From the IMG/VR virus record IMGVR_UViG_3300045999_011383: DNA of 64,000 nt, one strand, 5' to 3'. The notes under the pieces were generated by a model, which ran no database searches, was not told the DNA's origin, and was given only the letters and a program-made list of their open reading frames with translations. The DNA comes from a virus. Shown one piece after another: positions 35,395-43,905 of this stretch (positions are counted from its first letter, which is position 1; each line of letters opens with the position of its first letter). The translations under genes and the position numbers were made by a program.

Positions 35395-36216
35395 TTAAAT
35401 TACTTCAACCACAGATGGATGCCACTGCAACGACTGGACGGTTTTGTTATGTCCCTTTGCAGTGTCTAAGACTATTTGGGAATATTGTTTTCCCTCCTCT
35501 GTGGGCAGCCATAAAGGATTATTGTTAGCAGTGTTTTTGACCTGTAAGCCCTTTTCCGCTAGTAATGAGTTCATCTTCTGCGCTGACAATTTCACCCCGG
35601 TTTTAGCTTCATATAGCTCCGCTAATTTGCCTGGTCGGATCAGCTTATCCTCAATGGGAATACTTAGCAGCGACTTTGATTCTTCCATCGCCGAAGCGAG
35701 CGCCGGGTAAATTTTAGCAACCTGGTTAGCCTTGACTGCGGCTTTTAAGTTGGGGTGAACGTCAGTACCATCAAGTATTAAATCTATAAGTATACTTGCA
35801 TCCTGACACAAGCCTATAAGTCCCCTATCCTTAGATTCTTGTTTTTCCCAACCCACCTGTTTTTGCATCCATACCCGGACACCAATGGACGTAAAAACAG
35901 TATCCACAAGTTCAGCTTGTTTCTTGCAATACCTACCAGCTTTATATGCGTAGTATTTGGCTATGACTGCGATCGCTACATCTGGTATTCCTGCTTCTGA
36001 CCATGAGATTTGTTCACCACTATCAAACCCATACTCTGTAAGCATTTCAGCCAATTTAGAGGGATTTTGTTCACCACTCTTGAAGTTACTCAAGAGTGAC
36101 ACATGATCAACATCCATCAGTCTAGCGACCGCACGAATAGAGGCTTTACCTTTACCTTCGGGGTCAACGGTAATTTCGTTCTTGATTTGCTCAACGATTA
36201 ATGCTAAATTGGTCAC
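35395..36216 (-). CDS. DNA-binding / antirepressor-like protein (273 aa)
   Basis: HTH-like GKASIRAVARLMDVDHVSLL near the N-terminus. GTG start. Family not verified. Confidence 0.5.
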   Translation of the reverse strand: MTNLALIVEQIKNEITVDPEGKGKASIRAVARLMDVDHVSLLSNFKSGEQNPSKLAEMLTEYGFDSGEQISWSEAGIPDVAIAVIAKYYAYKAGRYCKKQAELVDTVFTSIGVRVWMQKQVGWEKQESKDRGLIGLCQDASILIDLILDGTDVHPNLKAAVKANQVAKIYPALASAMEESKSLLSIPIEDKLIRPGKLAELYEAKTGVKLSAQKMNSLLAEKGLQVKNTANNNPLWLPTEEGKQYSQIVLDTAKGHNKTVQSLQWHPSVVEVI

Positions 36217-36308
36217 GACAGATTAACCCGCCTTTTTCGGGTGAAATGTTAACCAGTGATACAACCGTTCTGAGTGGTGACACACTCTTTACGGTGCTGG
36301 TTTGAATT

Positions 36309-36337
36309 ATTATAGCACGTAATCGCAAATATAACAA
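36309..36337 (-). promoter_or_regulatory. sigma70-type promoter (minus) TTGTTA-N17-TATAAT
   Basis: On the + strand, taacaa at 36332-36337 and attata at 36309-36314. Leaves an ~85-nt GC-richer leader before GTG 36216. Confidence 0.5.
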
Positions 36338-36357
36338 TCTTTATTGACGTATTGATT

Positions 36358-36392
36358 AAAAAACCCCTGGACTAGCGACAATCCAGGGGTTT
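36358..36392. terminator. family terminator, copy 4 (T-runs on both strands)
   Basis: AAAAAACCCCTGGACTAGCGACAATCCAGGGGTTTCGTTTTT. Confidence 0.75.
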
Positions 36393-36410
36393 CGTTTTTG
36401 ACTAATTAAA

Positions 36411-37103
36411 TCAGTTCTTTACTGACTGAATAACAAGTGTAGTTGTTTCCGGTAAAGCAATACCAGGGTAAGCAACACGCCAAGCATCATGAGAGTATAA
36501 ATTTTTCTCAACAAATCTTGGGCATGGCACTTTTTTAATTTCCAATCCCATTTTTACGGATACCGTTTTGAGTCTGCACCATTTAAACCGAGTTTCTGAA
36601 ATACCGTTGAACTTGGCTATGCGGACAATAGAGGAATAGTTGAATAACTCATCAACCGCTTCAGATAGGCATTCATTTTGTTGTTCTAAAAGGATGTTTT
36701 GTGCTTCTAGTCGTTCGTTCTCTTCTGCCAACTTTGCGGCTTCTAGCAACGCTTGAGAATAGGTTTTTGGTATTTGGTGTGCGATCGCTGTACTACCTGT
36801 TGACATCAGATTAAAAATATGTCCATCACACCACACAGCAAATTCTGGACTAATCCATCTAGCTAAGTTGATAGCTAAACTAGGATGTCCCCAAGTACCG
36901 CCGTTTACCCCCTCTTCTGAATAAACTACCTCAGATGTGAGTGAGTTAGCTAAAATCCTTATGTAGTCTTGAGTTTGCTTTAGTCGCGTCCAGTTGTCAA
37001 GTCGTTTCCCGTTGGCTTGACACATCTGGGTAAGGTTGATAAACCCGTTTTGACGGCGAGAAATTGTTTGTCCGTTATAATCAAAAACTGCTAAATTATT
37101 CAT
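36411..37103 (-). CDS. KilA-N domain protein (230 aa)
   Basis: FDYNGQTISRRQNGFINLTQMCQANGKRLDNW...GGTWGHPSLAINLARWISPEFAVWCD is classic KilA-N; coiled-coil middle. Confidence 0.75.
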   Translation of the reverse strand: MNNLAVFDYNGQTISRRQNGFINLTQMCQANGKRLDNWTRLKQTQDYIRILANSLTSEVVYSEEGVNGGTWGHPSLAINLARWISPEFAVWCDGHIFNLMSTGSTAIAHQIPKTYSQALLEAAKLAEENERLEAQNILLEQQNECLSEAVDELFNYSSIVRIAKFNGISETRFKWCRLKTVSVKMGLEIKKVPCPRFVEKNLYSHDAWRVAYPGIALPETTTLVIQSVKN

Positions 37104-37236
37104 GTGACCTCAGCGTTAGGTTACTTCCCCTGCGGACTTGGTGTTAGTCGCACCACCCGGCGAGGGGATTACATACCAATTGTAACACATTTTATAGGCA
37201 CTCAAAACACTTGCGGTGTAATTTAGTTAGGCGCAT

Positions 37237-38571
37237 TCAAAACCCTAGCGAGTTTAAATATTCTTCTGATTGTGTGTCATCCTTTGGTTTTGTGGAAAGC
37301 GTACCTATTAACTTAGCTTCAATACCCGTAAATTTCTCAAACCGTTGACATATAATTTCGCAGTAATCAGGACTCAATTCAAACCCGTACACGGTGCGAC
37401 TACCTTCCATCTTTTGCGCTGCGATTATCGTTGTACCGCTCCCTAAAAATGGTTCATAAATAAGTGATTCCGTCGGTGCGTAAGCACTTAAATAATGTTC
37501 AGCAAACTCGACTGAAAACGTAGCTCCATGAGTCCACTCTCTGTTAGTTGCACAGGATGAGGAGTAGACATTGCTAAAACTACCTCTACTAAATACAGCC
37601 GTCTTTATCGCTCTATTTGGATTACTATCAGATGCAAATACGAATATAAACTCAAAAGCAGAATTACAGACTTTTTCTGCCATCGCTGGCTGTGGATTCG
37701 TTTTTGACCAAATCAACACATCAGCCAAATGCCGAGAATATCTACCAACCCAATCAAAAAGCGATATTTTATTTCCACTAAGACATTGAATGTTAATGAA
37801 TTGATAATCTGAAACTATAAAAGCATTGGAGAGAAATTGATCCAAAAGACGTAAGTATTCTTCGCCTTGTAAATTGTCGTCGTAGTTGTCTTTATACGCG
37901 GTATTTTCTTTCTTGAATCTACCATTTCTCAATTCAACGTTACTCGAAAGATTGTAAGGTGGCGACGTAAAACAGATAGACGCTTTCTCGTCACCAAATA
38001 AAGCCCTAACATTACTCTCAATAGTTGAATCACCACAACATATTTTATGCCGTCCTAATTGCCAAATCTCACCTAATTTAACCCGTGAAATAATCTCTTC
38101 TGTCTGTTCATAATCATCCTCACCACTGCCACTATCATCATTATTATTATCTTCCGGTTCATCATCTAAAAAACTTAGTTCCAATTCCCCAAAACCCGTC
38201 AAACTTAACTCAAAATCACTATCCTGTAGAAACTCAAAATCAATCTTTAACATTTCCGGGTCAAATCCAGTGTTCATGGTCAGCTTGTTATGTGCTAACC
38301 GATATGCCACTTTTTGAGTATCTGACAACCCAGTAATTTGAATTACGGGAATTGTACTATCACCACGTTTCTTGGCTGCTAAAAGCCGACCGTGACCTTC
38401 TAATACTTCACCATTCTCATCTACCGCTATCGGGTCGAGAAAAGTAAATTCCTCAATGGAGTTAGCTATTTGTTCAATGTGGGAATCAGGATGTAACTTA
38501 GCATTGTTCTCATAAGGAGTTAATTTGTCAATATCCCATTCTTCAATTTGTCCACGCTTGATTTTGCTCAT
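37237..38571 (-). CDS. ParB-like nuclease domain fused to N6A/N4C DNA methyltransferase (444 aa)
   Basis: ParB-N: LDPIAVDENGEVLEGHGRLLAAKKRG. MTase: CFTSPPYNL (S/DPPY) followed later by EPFLGSGTTIIAAQ (FxGxG), i.e. beta-class motif order. Confidence 0.8.
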   Translation of the reverse strand: MSKIKRGQIEEWDIDKLTPYENNAKLHPDSHIEQIANSIEEFTFLDPIAVDENGEVLEGHGRLLAAKKRGDSTIPVIQITGLSDTQKVAYRLAHNKLTMNTGFDPEMLKIDFEFLQDSDFELSLTGFGELELSFLDDEPEDNNNDDSGSGEDDYEQTEEIISRVKLGEIWQLGRHKICCGDSTIESNVRALFGDEKASICFTSPPYNLSSNVELRNGRFKKENTAYKDNYDDNLQGEEYLRLLDQFLSNAFIVSDYQFINIQCLSGNKISLFDWVGRYSRHLADVLIWSKTNPQPAMAEKVCNSAFEFIFVFASDSNPNRAIKTAVFSRGSFSNVYSSSCATNREWTHGATFSVEFAEHYLSAYAPTESLIYEPFLGSGTTIIAAQKMEGSRTVYGFELSPDYCEIICQRFEKFTGIEAKLIGTLSTKPKDDTQSEEYLNSLGF

Positions 38572-38890
38572 TGAAATACCACCTGTAGGCTCTGTTCATT
38601 GTACGTTGTATCATACCATGTTTGTCATTGTTTAATCCCTTAAAGTCAATCAATTCTCTAATTTTTTGGGCAGGAATATCTCTGAATAATTGCCCAAGTG
38701 ATTGACCTATAAAAACATCAGTCAATGTTTCTACTCCTGTAAAATCTAATTGCAATGATTCCCCATTTAACAAATGGGGATGAATCAATCTGTACAATCT
38801 TTGTCCGTGTTCAATAGCGATCGCGCCATGTCCAGTAACATCAAAAACTTTATATATCTTCATCATCATCTTCATTCTTGCTTGGATCAA
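38543..38890 (-). CDS. STAS-like (DUF4325-type) small protein (about 105-115 aa)
   Basis: IYKVFDVTGHGAIAIEHGQRLYRLIHPHLLNGESLQLDFTGVETLTDVFIGQSLGQL fits my recollection of the DUF4325 layout. Start ambiguous (several Met). Confidence 0.5.
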   Translation of the reverse strand: MIQARMKMMMKIYKVFDVTGHGAIAIEHGQRLYRLIHPHLLNGESLQLDFTGVETLTDVFIGQSLGQLFRDIPAQKIRELIDFKGLNNDKHGMIQRTMNRAYRWYFNEQNQAWTN

Positions 38891-39413
38891 TGATTTGGTA
38901 GCCCTCTTTAGCTAGTTTGTCAACAGCCGCATTAACATCAACATAATATTTTATTCCTCTAGTCTCGTTAATGGCATTTGTTGACCGCTGTAGGGCTTGT
39001 GACCACTGGTTTGTTTCAGGTGCGCTATGTTGGGAAATCGCCCTCTTTCTTTCTTCTCCCGGCAGTTCCAAATCTTCTGCTAGTTGCCTAGCTTTTTGCT
39101 CAATTATTTTAGCTACATAATCCCTAGTGAGTTTGTGTACTTTGTAGTTTTCAATGATAATTTGAGACAATTCATCTGATATTCTCTCGGATACCCTGTG
39201 TATAGTTTTAACCTGAATAGTTGTCTGCAAAGTGTCTTGATAGCGTCTTCTCTGGTCTACCCACAATTCTCGCTTTACCCATCCTTCAACAGTTCCCTTA
39301 CTCAAGCCAGCCTGGACAGCTAGTTTTCTGATACCTATATCCTCCTCGCTCTCAACGTAACGACGACGACACTGCTCTTTTGTCCACGGCTTTGGTAGTT
39401 TTTCCCATTTCAT
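38850..39413 (-). CDS. HTH DNA-binding protein (187 aa), terminase-small-subunit-like layout
   Basis: IGIRKLAVQAGLSKGTVEGWVKRELW is an HTH, followed by coiled coil and an acidic tail. It lies far from terL, so function is open. Confidence 0.45.
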   Translation of the reverse strand: MKWEKLPKPWTKEQCRRRYVESEEDIGIRKLAVQAGLSKGTVEGWVKRELWVDQRRRYQDTLQTTIQVKTIHRVSERISDELSQIIIENYKVHKLTRDYVAKIIEQKARQLAEDLELPGEERKRAISQHSAPETNQWSQALQRSTNAINETRGIKYYVDVNAAVDKLAKEGYQIIDPSKNEDDDEDI

Positions 39414-39568
39414 AATAAGACCCCTCTTATTTTAATTTCCGGTAATCATACATATATGTTAGTTAATTGCTCTGCTTTTTTATTAATCTTAATACAATAT
39501 TTTATTTAAGCATAATTAATAAATAAAAGCGGGTCAAGTATTAACCCAACCTGCTTACTCAATACTTG

Positions 39569-40180
39569 TTATTTATTTTGTTTCCAATATTTAAGCTTTA
39601 CGTAATTCTCCTCTATGCTATTTACCGCATCAACACCTGACTTGGTTAATCGATAGTAGTCCCGATTTTTGCCCTTGACTACCACGCTACGAACCTTTTC
39701 AATAAGTTCTTTTTCAGTCAGCTTGTTCAGAGATGGGTACAAACTCCCATAACCAATGTCATGTCCGCAGCATTCACTAAGTGCTTGTTTGATCTCAAGT
39801 CCGTACATTGTGCGATCGCAGATAGCTCTTAAAATCAATTCTTCACTGATAGATAACTTCATGCTCTTGTTGCACCAACGGACAATTTCTTTTAATTGCC
39901 TTAAGGCAAAAACTGGCAGCTTGTCGTTTAAGTATTTTTCCGCAATCTCTTTTGCTTTTTCAGGGTTGTCAGCTTTTACGTACAGGGACGCACATTTAAC
40001 TGCTATGGTTGCAACCCTCTTAGTATTACCAGGATCAACAGAGTTTAATGCCCGTTCCTCTTCCTGGGCAGCCAAAAGGAACATCTGCGTAGACTCCTCT
40101 ATTCTGTGTGTCTTACGCAGATGCTCTGCTTCTTCTGCGTATTTCTGACTGTTCGTATAACTAGTTAACCAAACACTCAT
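39569..40180 (-). CDS. PadR-type winged-helix regulator with N-terminal helical (TPR-like) extension (203 aa)
   Basis: LILRAICDRTMYGLEIKQALSECCGHDIGYGSLYPSLNKLTEKELIEK...DYYRLTKSG. Confidence 0.65.
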   Translation of the reverse strand: MSVWLTSYTNSQKYAEEAEHLRKTHRIEESTQMFLLAAQEEERALNSVDPGNTKRVATIAVKCASLYVKADNPEKAKEIAEKYLNDKLPVFALRQLKEIVRWCNKSMKLSISEELILRAICDRTMYGLEIKQALSECCGHDIGYGSLYPSLNKLTEKELIEKVRSVVVKGKNRDYYRLTKSGVDAVNSIEENYVKLKYWKQNK

Positions 40181-40185
40181 TTTTT

Positions 40186-40449
40186 TTAGTTGCTAAGAAG
40201 ATTCCAAAAAAAAGTATCATCGTTCCAGGCACGAGGGGTCGTATCAATGTGACGCAACCACCAAGCAAAATTATTTTTAATAAGGGAAAATCCCCTTAAA
40301 AACCTGTTTTCCTTCTCTTCCTTTATCTTTGAAACCACTAAGAATTCTATTTCTGGATGATCAAGCTCTGTTTGAAGTATCGTGACAATATCCTCCTCTG
40401 AAAGATTTGGACTAACCATAATATTAATTTGTAAATTCCAAGTTTTCAT
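40186..40449 (-). CDS. hypothetical protein (87 aa)
   Basis: ORF track; tight spacing with the downstream PadR gene. Confidence 0.5.
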   Translation of the reverse strand: MKTWNLQINIMVSPNLSEEDIVTILQTELDHPEIEFLVVSKIKEEKENRFLRGFSLIKNNFAWWLRHIDTTPRAWNDDTFFWNLLSN

Positions 40450-40513
40450 AGTTTAAATTCCCTTTTGGTTTCCTGTTTATTAATTATTATCATATATCAA
40501 ATTACGGATAACG

Positions 40514-40843
40514 TCAAGGTCTGAATACTTGAATTAAGCTTAGTTCTAACTCAAAAACAACTGCGCTTAAATAAGTAAATTTGAATGTCTCGCAACGATA
40601 AAGAACTGAATCAAAATAGAATGGTTTGCCTAAATTTTCTGTTAAAAATTCATCTATTTCTACATATTCAAATTGATTATCTATGGTCAGGGTTAAAGTT
40701 TGGGTTGCTGTAGTTTGATTAAGTTGACTCCTGTTTCCCCTCTCGTCAACCCCACCCTCGAAAATCCGAGAAATAAAACTAGATTCATACTGTACCGCAT
40801 TATCCCACTTTAACTTTAAAGAACTTGGTGCAACTGCATACAT
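40514..40843 (-). CDS. hypothetical protein (109 aa) with lambda gpM-like (minor tail) pattern
   Basis: Same length as lambda M. ...ISRIFEGGVDERGNRS...EIDEFLTENLGKPFYFDS...YRCETF...ELELSLIQV parallels FGDGYSQR...FLEEHGG..F.W...C..W...EFEQV, which I recalled from memory. Confidence 0.3.
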   Translation of the reverse strand: MYAVAPSSLKLKWDNAVQYESSFISRIFEGGVDERGNRSQLNQTTATQTLTLTIDNQFEYVEIDEFLTENLGKPFYFDSVLYRCETFKFTYLSAVVFELELSLIQVFRP

Positions 40844-41004
40844 ATTTTAATGATAAAGCTGTTGGTTATTAGCCAACAGCACCCTTAATTTATCAGAGTT
40901 TGACATCTACAATTATATCACAAAAATCAAACTTTAGCTACAGTTACAACTTCTAATGTTGATATTTAATCATGCCCTCTTGAGACTTGTTCCAAATATC
41001 ATTT

Positions 41005-41514
41005 TTAATCATCTGTTTCCTGGATGTTTGAAAAGATAACCATTTCTAATTTAAGCTTACCGTCATCATGAACTGTTTTAAATGTCACCTCTTTTTCTTT
41101 GGTTTTCCAGCTTCTTCTAACGTATCTTCTAAGCGCTCCTGTGGGAGTAATCGTATCACCCACAGAATTTGTTTTTACCGGAGCATCTTTGTACTTTTTG
41201 GTTAAGTATTCCAAATGGGTGCTAACATCAGTAGACAATAATATTATTTCATTTAATTTATTGCTGTCAAAAATATAGCAAACAACGTAAACAGCGTTAT
41301 AGCCAGTCCAGTAAGTATTGTAAACCTCTCTGCCTAACTTAAAGTCTTCACCGCAAGTACCTTTCATGATCTCAAGCTTGTTTGGTGCAACTTTAGACAC
41401 CTGCTCCAGGGTCATTCCCCATTTAGCACCACCCCATTGAGCTTTTGCCGGGGACGTAGCCATCAATAGTAATGATAATCCAATTCCTAGTGTTTTTAAT
41501 AACATATTTGTCAC
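41005..41514 (-). CDS. secreted/periplasmic protein with signal peptide (about 165 aa)
   Basis: MLLKTLGIGLSLLLMATSPAKA-QWGG... Confidence 0.55.
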   Translation of the reverse strand: MTNMLLKTLGIGLSLLLMATSPAKAQWGGAKWGMTLEQVSKVAPNKLEIMKGTCGEDFKLGREVYNTYWTGYNAVYVVCYIFDSNKLNEIILLSTDVSTHLEYLTKKYKDAPVKTNSVGDTITPTGALRRYVRRSWKTKEKEVTFKTVHDDGKLKLEMVIFSNIQETDD

Positions 41515-41574
41515 CTGGTTATGTTTGTGCTAAAATCAAAAAATGCCAGGAAAGCAGACCTGGCAAAAAGCGGG

Positions 41575-42063
41575 CTAAATCTGAAGAAACAAGTTTAATG
41601 TGGGAATAGGCACGGGGAGATGAGAGCAAAAGTCTACCCCGTTTTTCTTTGCCCATCTTCTTAGTGTCCGCACAGATACAGACTTACCTAGCTGTCTCTG
41701 TAGCCAGTTCGGTACATCCTTTCCTAGTACACCATCAATGCGTACTCCATTTCCCAACGCTTGATCCAATGCTACTTTTGTTGCAGGTTGGTTTAGGCGT
41801 GTAATTATTTCTTTTAAACTAATACGGGACTGCCAACCAGCAGGGTGTTTGTTCCCTCGCTTTTGCTCACACCGCATATACGCAAGCATGAATAATCGCT
41901 GGGCATAAGTCTTGTCAACCATTGGTTCAGTGCCTTTCGGGTTTTTGCGACCGTCCGGTACTCGACATATACGCTTGTATTTCCGCCAGGTGCGATCGCA
42001 TATTGCACCATTATAGAGTTCTACACAATTAGCCCGTACCCAACGCTCAGGGTATTCATTCAT
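41575..42063 (-). CDS. basic DNA-binding protein (162 aa), C-terminal HTH
   Basis: GKSVSVRTLRRWAKKNG. Confidence 0.5.
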   Translation of the reverse strand: MNEYPERWVRANCVELYNGAICDRTWRKYKRICRVPDGRKNPKGTEPMVDKTYAQRLFMLAYMRCEQKRGNKHPAGWQSRISLKEIITRLNQPATKVALDQALGNGVRIDGVLGKDVPNWLQRQLGKSVSVRTLRRWAKKNGVDFCSHLPVPIPTLNLFLQI

Positions 42064-42289
42064 AAACTACAATTGCCTCCATTAGTTCTTGTAATGTAGT
42101 AAAACTGTGAGAATTGCTACGGTATTTCTCCGCAGTGTCTAGAATTTTCTCAGCTATATATTCGTTTTCGCAAATAATAACCAATGCTTCTAAAACCTTT
42201 CTTGCTTGATGATTCTTAAGATCATTGCACTCACTATTCAGGTATTGCAACATAGTCAACAATGGAACTTTCCACATACTTACCTCCAC
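42056..42289 (-). CDS. hypothetical protein (77 aa)
   Basis: ORF track; overlaps both neighbours by 8-10 nt. Confidence 0.5.
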   Translation of the reverse strand: MEVSMWKVPLLTMLQYLNSECNDLKNHQARKVLEALVIICENEYIAEKILDTAEKYRSNSHSFTTLQELMEAIVVYE

Positions 42290-42765
42290 TCATCAGCCCA
42301 AATAAAATCAATACCAGCAGACAAGGCGCATTGCTGATCATCTCTGTTTACACCTACCATTAAAGCATGGGTTAGTGGTAGGGATGTATAATCCTCAATA
42401 AATTGGTGAATCATACCAGGCGCGGGCTTGCGGTAATTACGCCCAAAAGGTAACTCAACCCAAGCAGTATCACGATGACACCTATAAGCCGTACTTCCAT
42501 CAAAGGTTGTACAGAAATTAACAGAACTTAAATTGGGTAACAATTCCATTGTGTAGATTTGTTCCTGAATACAAGATGATAATGTCTTTCTGCGTCCTTG
42601 TATTCCCACTTGGTTCGTAATTCCAGTAATATCCCAATCCGAGTATTTACTAATGATGTCTGTGACACCTGGTATTAATTCCTGGTCTCGTGGGTTGAGA
42701 ATAATATTACTTCCTGACTTAGATTGCCTAATGGCATTTAGGGACAAAAATAATATTTTACTCAT
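42280..42765 (-). CDS. HAD-superfamily (GmhB/PNKP-phosphatase-like) protein with degenerate motif I (161 aa)
   Basis: Motif II ITGITNQVGIQ, Lys motif YRKPAPGMI, motif IV region MVGVNRDDQQCALSAGI. In place of FLDRDGT the N-terminus reads FLSLNAI. Confidence 0.55.
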   Translation of the reverse strand: MSKILFLSLNAIRQSKSGSNIILNPRDQELIPGVTDIISKYSDWDITGITNQVGIQGRRKTLSSCIQEQIYTMELLPNLSSVNFCTTFDGSTAYRCHRDTAWVELPFGRNYRKPAPGMIHQFIEDYTSLPLTHALMVGVNRDDQQCALSAGIDFIWADEWR

Positions 42766-43126
42766 CTTCTTTAGATTTTGTGAAGTTTAATCTTTTTCGT
42801 CTGCTGACATTTTTGTAGTGACCAAAAGATTTCATCTGGATATCTTGTACTGATACTCCAAACTCAGCAGCCTTCTCTTTTTCGTGAGACTCAACTACTT
42901 GCTGTTCCTGTCTCCATAAAGTCGCTACGGCCATTTTGATTACGTCCGTTATGTCCATGCCATAGCACGCACCTATTCTTAACACCTTGCGCTTTAACGC
43001 ACTAGAGATTTTAGCGCGAACTTCCCTGGGTTCGTCACTAACTACTTTTTTGCCGTTGATCAACCCCCGGTCAGGATGGGTGGCAATATCCTTCTCAATC
43101 TCTTCTCTTGTCCGTGGCTTAGTCAT
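42758..43126 (-). CDS. ribbon-helix-helix-like regulator (122 aa)
   Basis: VRAKISSALKRKVLRIGACYGMDITDVIKMAVATL (strand-helix-helix pattern). Confidence 0.45.
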   Translation of the reverse strand: MTKPRTREEIEKDIATHPDRGLINGKKVVSDEPREVRAKISSALKRKVLRIGACYGMDITDVIKMAVATLWRQEQQVVESHEKEKAAEFGVSVQDIQMKSFGHYKNVSRRKRLNFTKSKEDE

Positions 43127-43196
43127 ATAGAACCTAAAACTATTATTTTCACTAATAGCACACTAATAGAGGAATATGCTATTTTTAAAATTAAAA

Positions 43197-43227
43197 TCCC
43201 TCTAATTGTTGAGAGCAATTAGAGGGA
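43197..43227. promoter_or_regulatory. 12-bp perfect inverted repeat TCCCTCTAATTG-N7-CAATTAGAGGGA, candidate operator
   Basis: Counted directly. Lies in the divergent region between 43126 (-) and 43258 (+). Related half-sites at 43161-43175, 43511-43522 and 43561-43572. Confidence 0.5.
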
Positions 43228-43257
43228 TATGTCACCCCGCACAGGAGCTAACTAATT

Positions 43258-43503
43258 ATGGCACGAATGAAGCTAATTGAACCAGTTTTACCCCAAAAAG
43301 AGGCAAAAGCAGCCGGACTAAATCCCGGCGATCGCGGCTACCAAAAGTTTTGTATCAACTGGGTTGAGCAAAAAATATCTAAATATTATGAAGGAACTGG
43401 GCTACAACCACCTGTAACCGCAACCGTCCAGAAATGGTTCTACGCCGACGAATTACCGGACTGGGTGGCTGTTTTCCTGCTGAATCTAGCTAAAAATAAC
43501 TAA
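43258..43503 (+). CDS. hypothetical small protein (81 aa)
   Basis: ORF track; first gene of the rightward operon. Confidence 0.55.
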   Translation: MARMKLIEPVLPQKEAKAAGLNPGDRGYQKFCINWVEQKISKYYEGTGLQPPVTATVQKWFYADELPDWVAVFLLNLAKNN

Positions 43504-43552
43504 TCCAAAACCCCTTTAATTGTCAGCAAATGTGGGAAATCCCACATATCTA

Positions 43553-43581
43553 TTGACGCTCTATTAGAGGGGTTTTATAGT
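43553..43581 (+). promoter_or_regulatory. promoter TTGACG-N17-TATAGT whose spacer contains the half-site CTATTAGAGGGG
   Basis: -35 at 43553-43558, -10 at 43576-43581. Confidence 0.5.
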
Positions 43582-43614
43582 AAGTACATACCGGACATGA
43601 CCCGGACATGAGAG

Positions 43615-43905
43615 ATGAATCTACCAAAGATCAGCCGAAAAGAGGCGGGAGTAACTTTAAGCGTAAGCCAAAGACAAATACAGCGATATATCCGGTTTGG
43701 ATTTGAAGTTTTAGGGGTGTTTGAAAACTTTTTTAACGCCCAATCAGAGGAACTAAATGGCTTTCCTCTAACAGAAAAAGAACTTGCCGAACTAACTAAG
43801 ATACAGCAGTTAATACGTAAGTACAAAAACGTAAGAAACAGTCATCAACAAATCAAAAAGGAGTTTGATAGTGAGCAATGCACAAGTGATAATTTTAATC
43901 CGTAA
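43615..43905 (+). CDS. HTH protein (96 aa)
   Basis: GVTLSVSQRQIQRYIRFG. Confidence 0.5.
   Translation: MNLPKISRKEAGVTLSVSQRQIQRYIRFGFEVLGVFENFFNAQSEELNGFPLTEKELAELTKIQQLIRKYKNVRNSHQQIKKEFDSEQCTSDNFNP

Noticed and set aside
38850-39413. Assigning the 187-aa HTH protein as the terminase small subunit
   Set aside because: The layout (HTH plus coiled coil plus acidic tail) is compatible. But the gene lies 14 kb from terL on the opposite strand within a regulator cluster. Kept as a generic DNA-binding protein.
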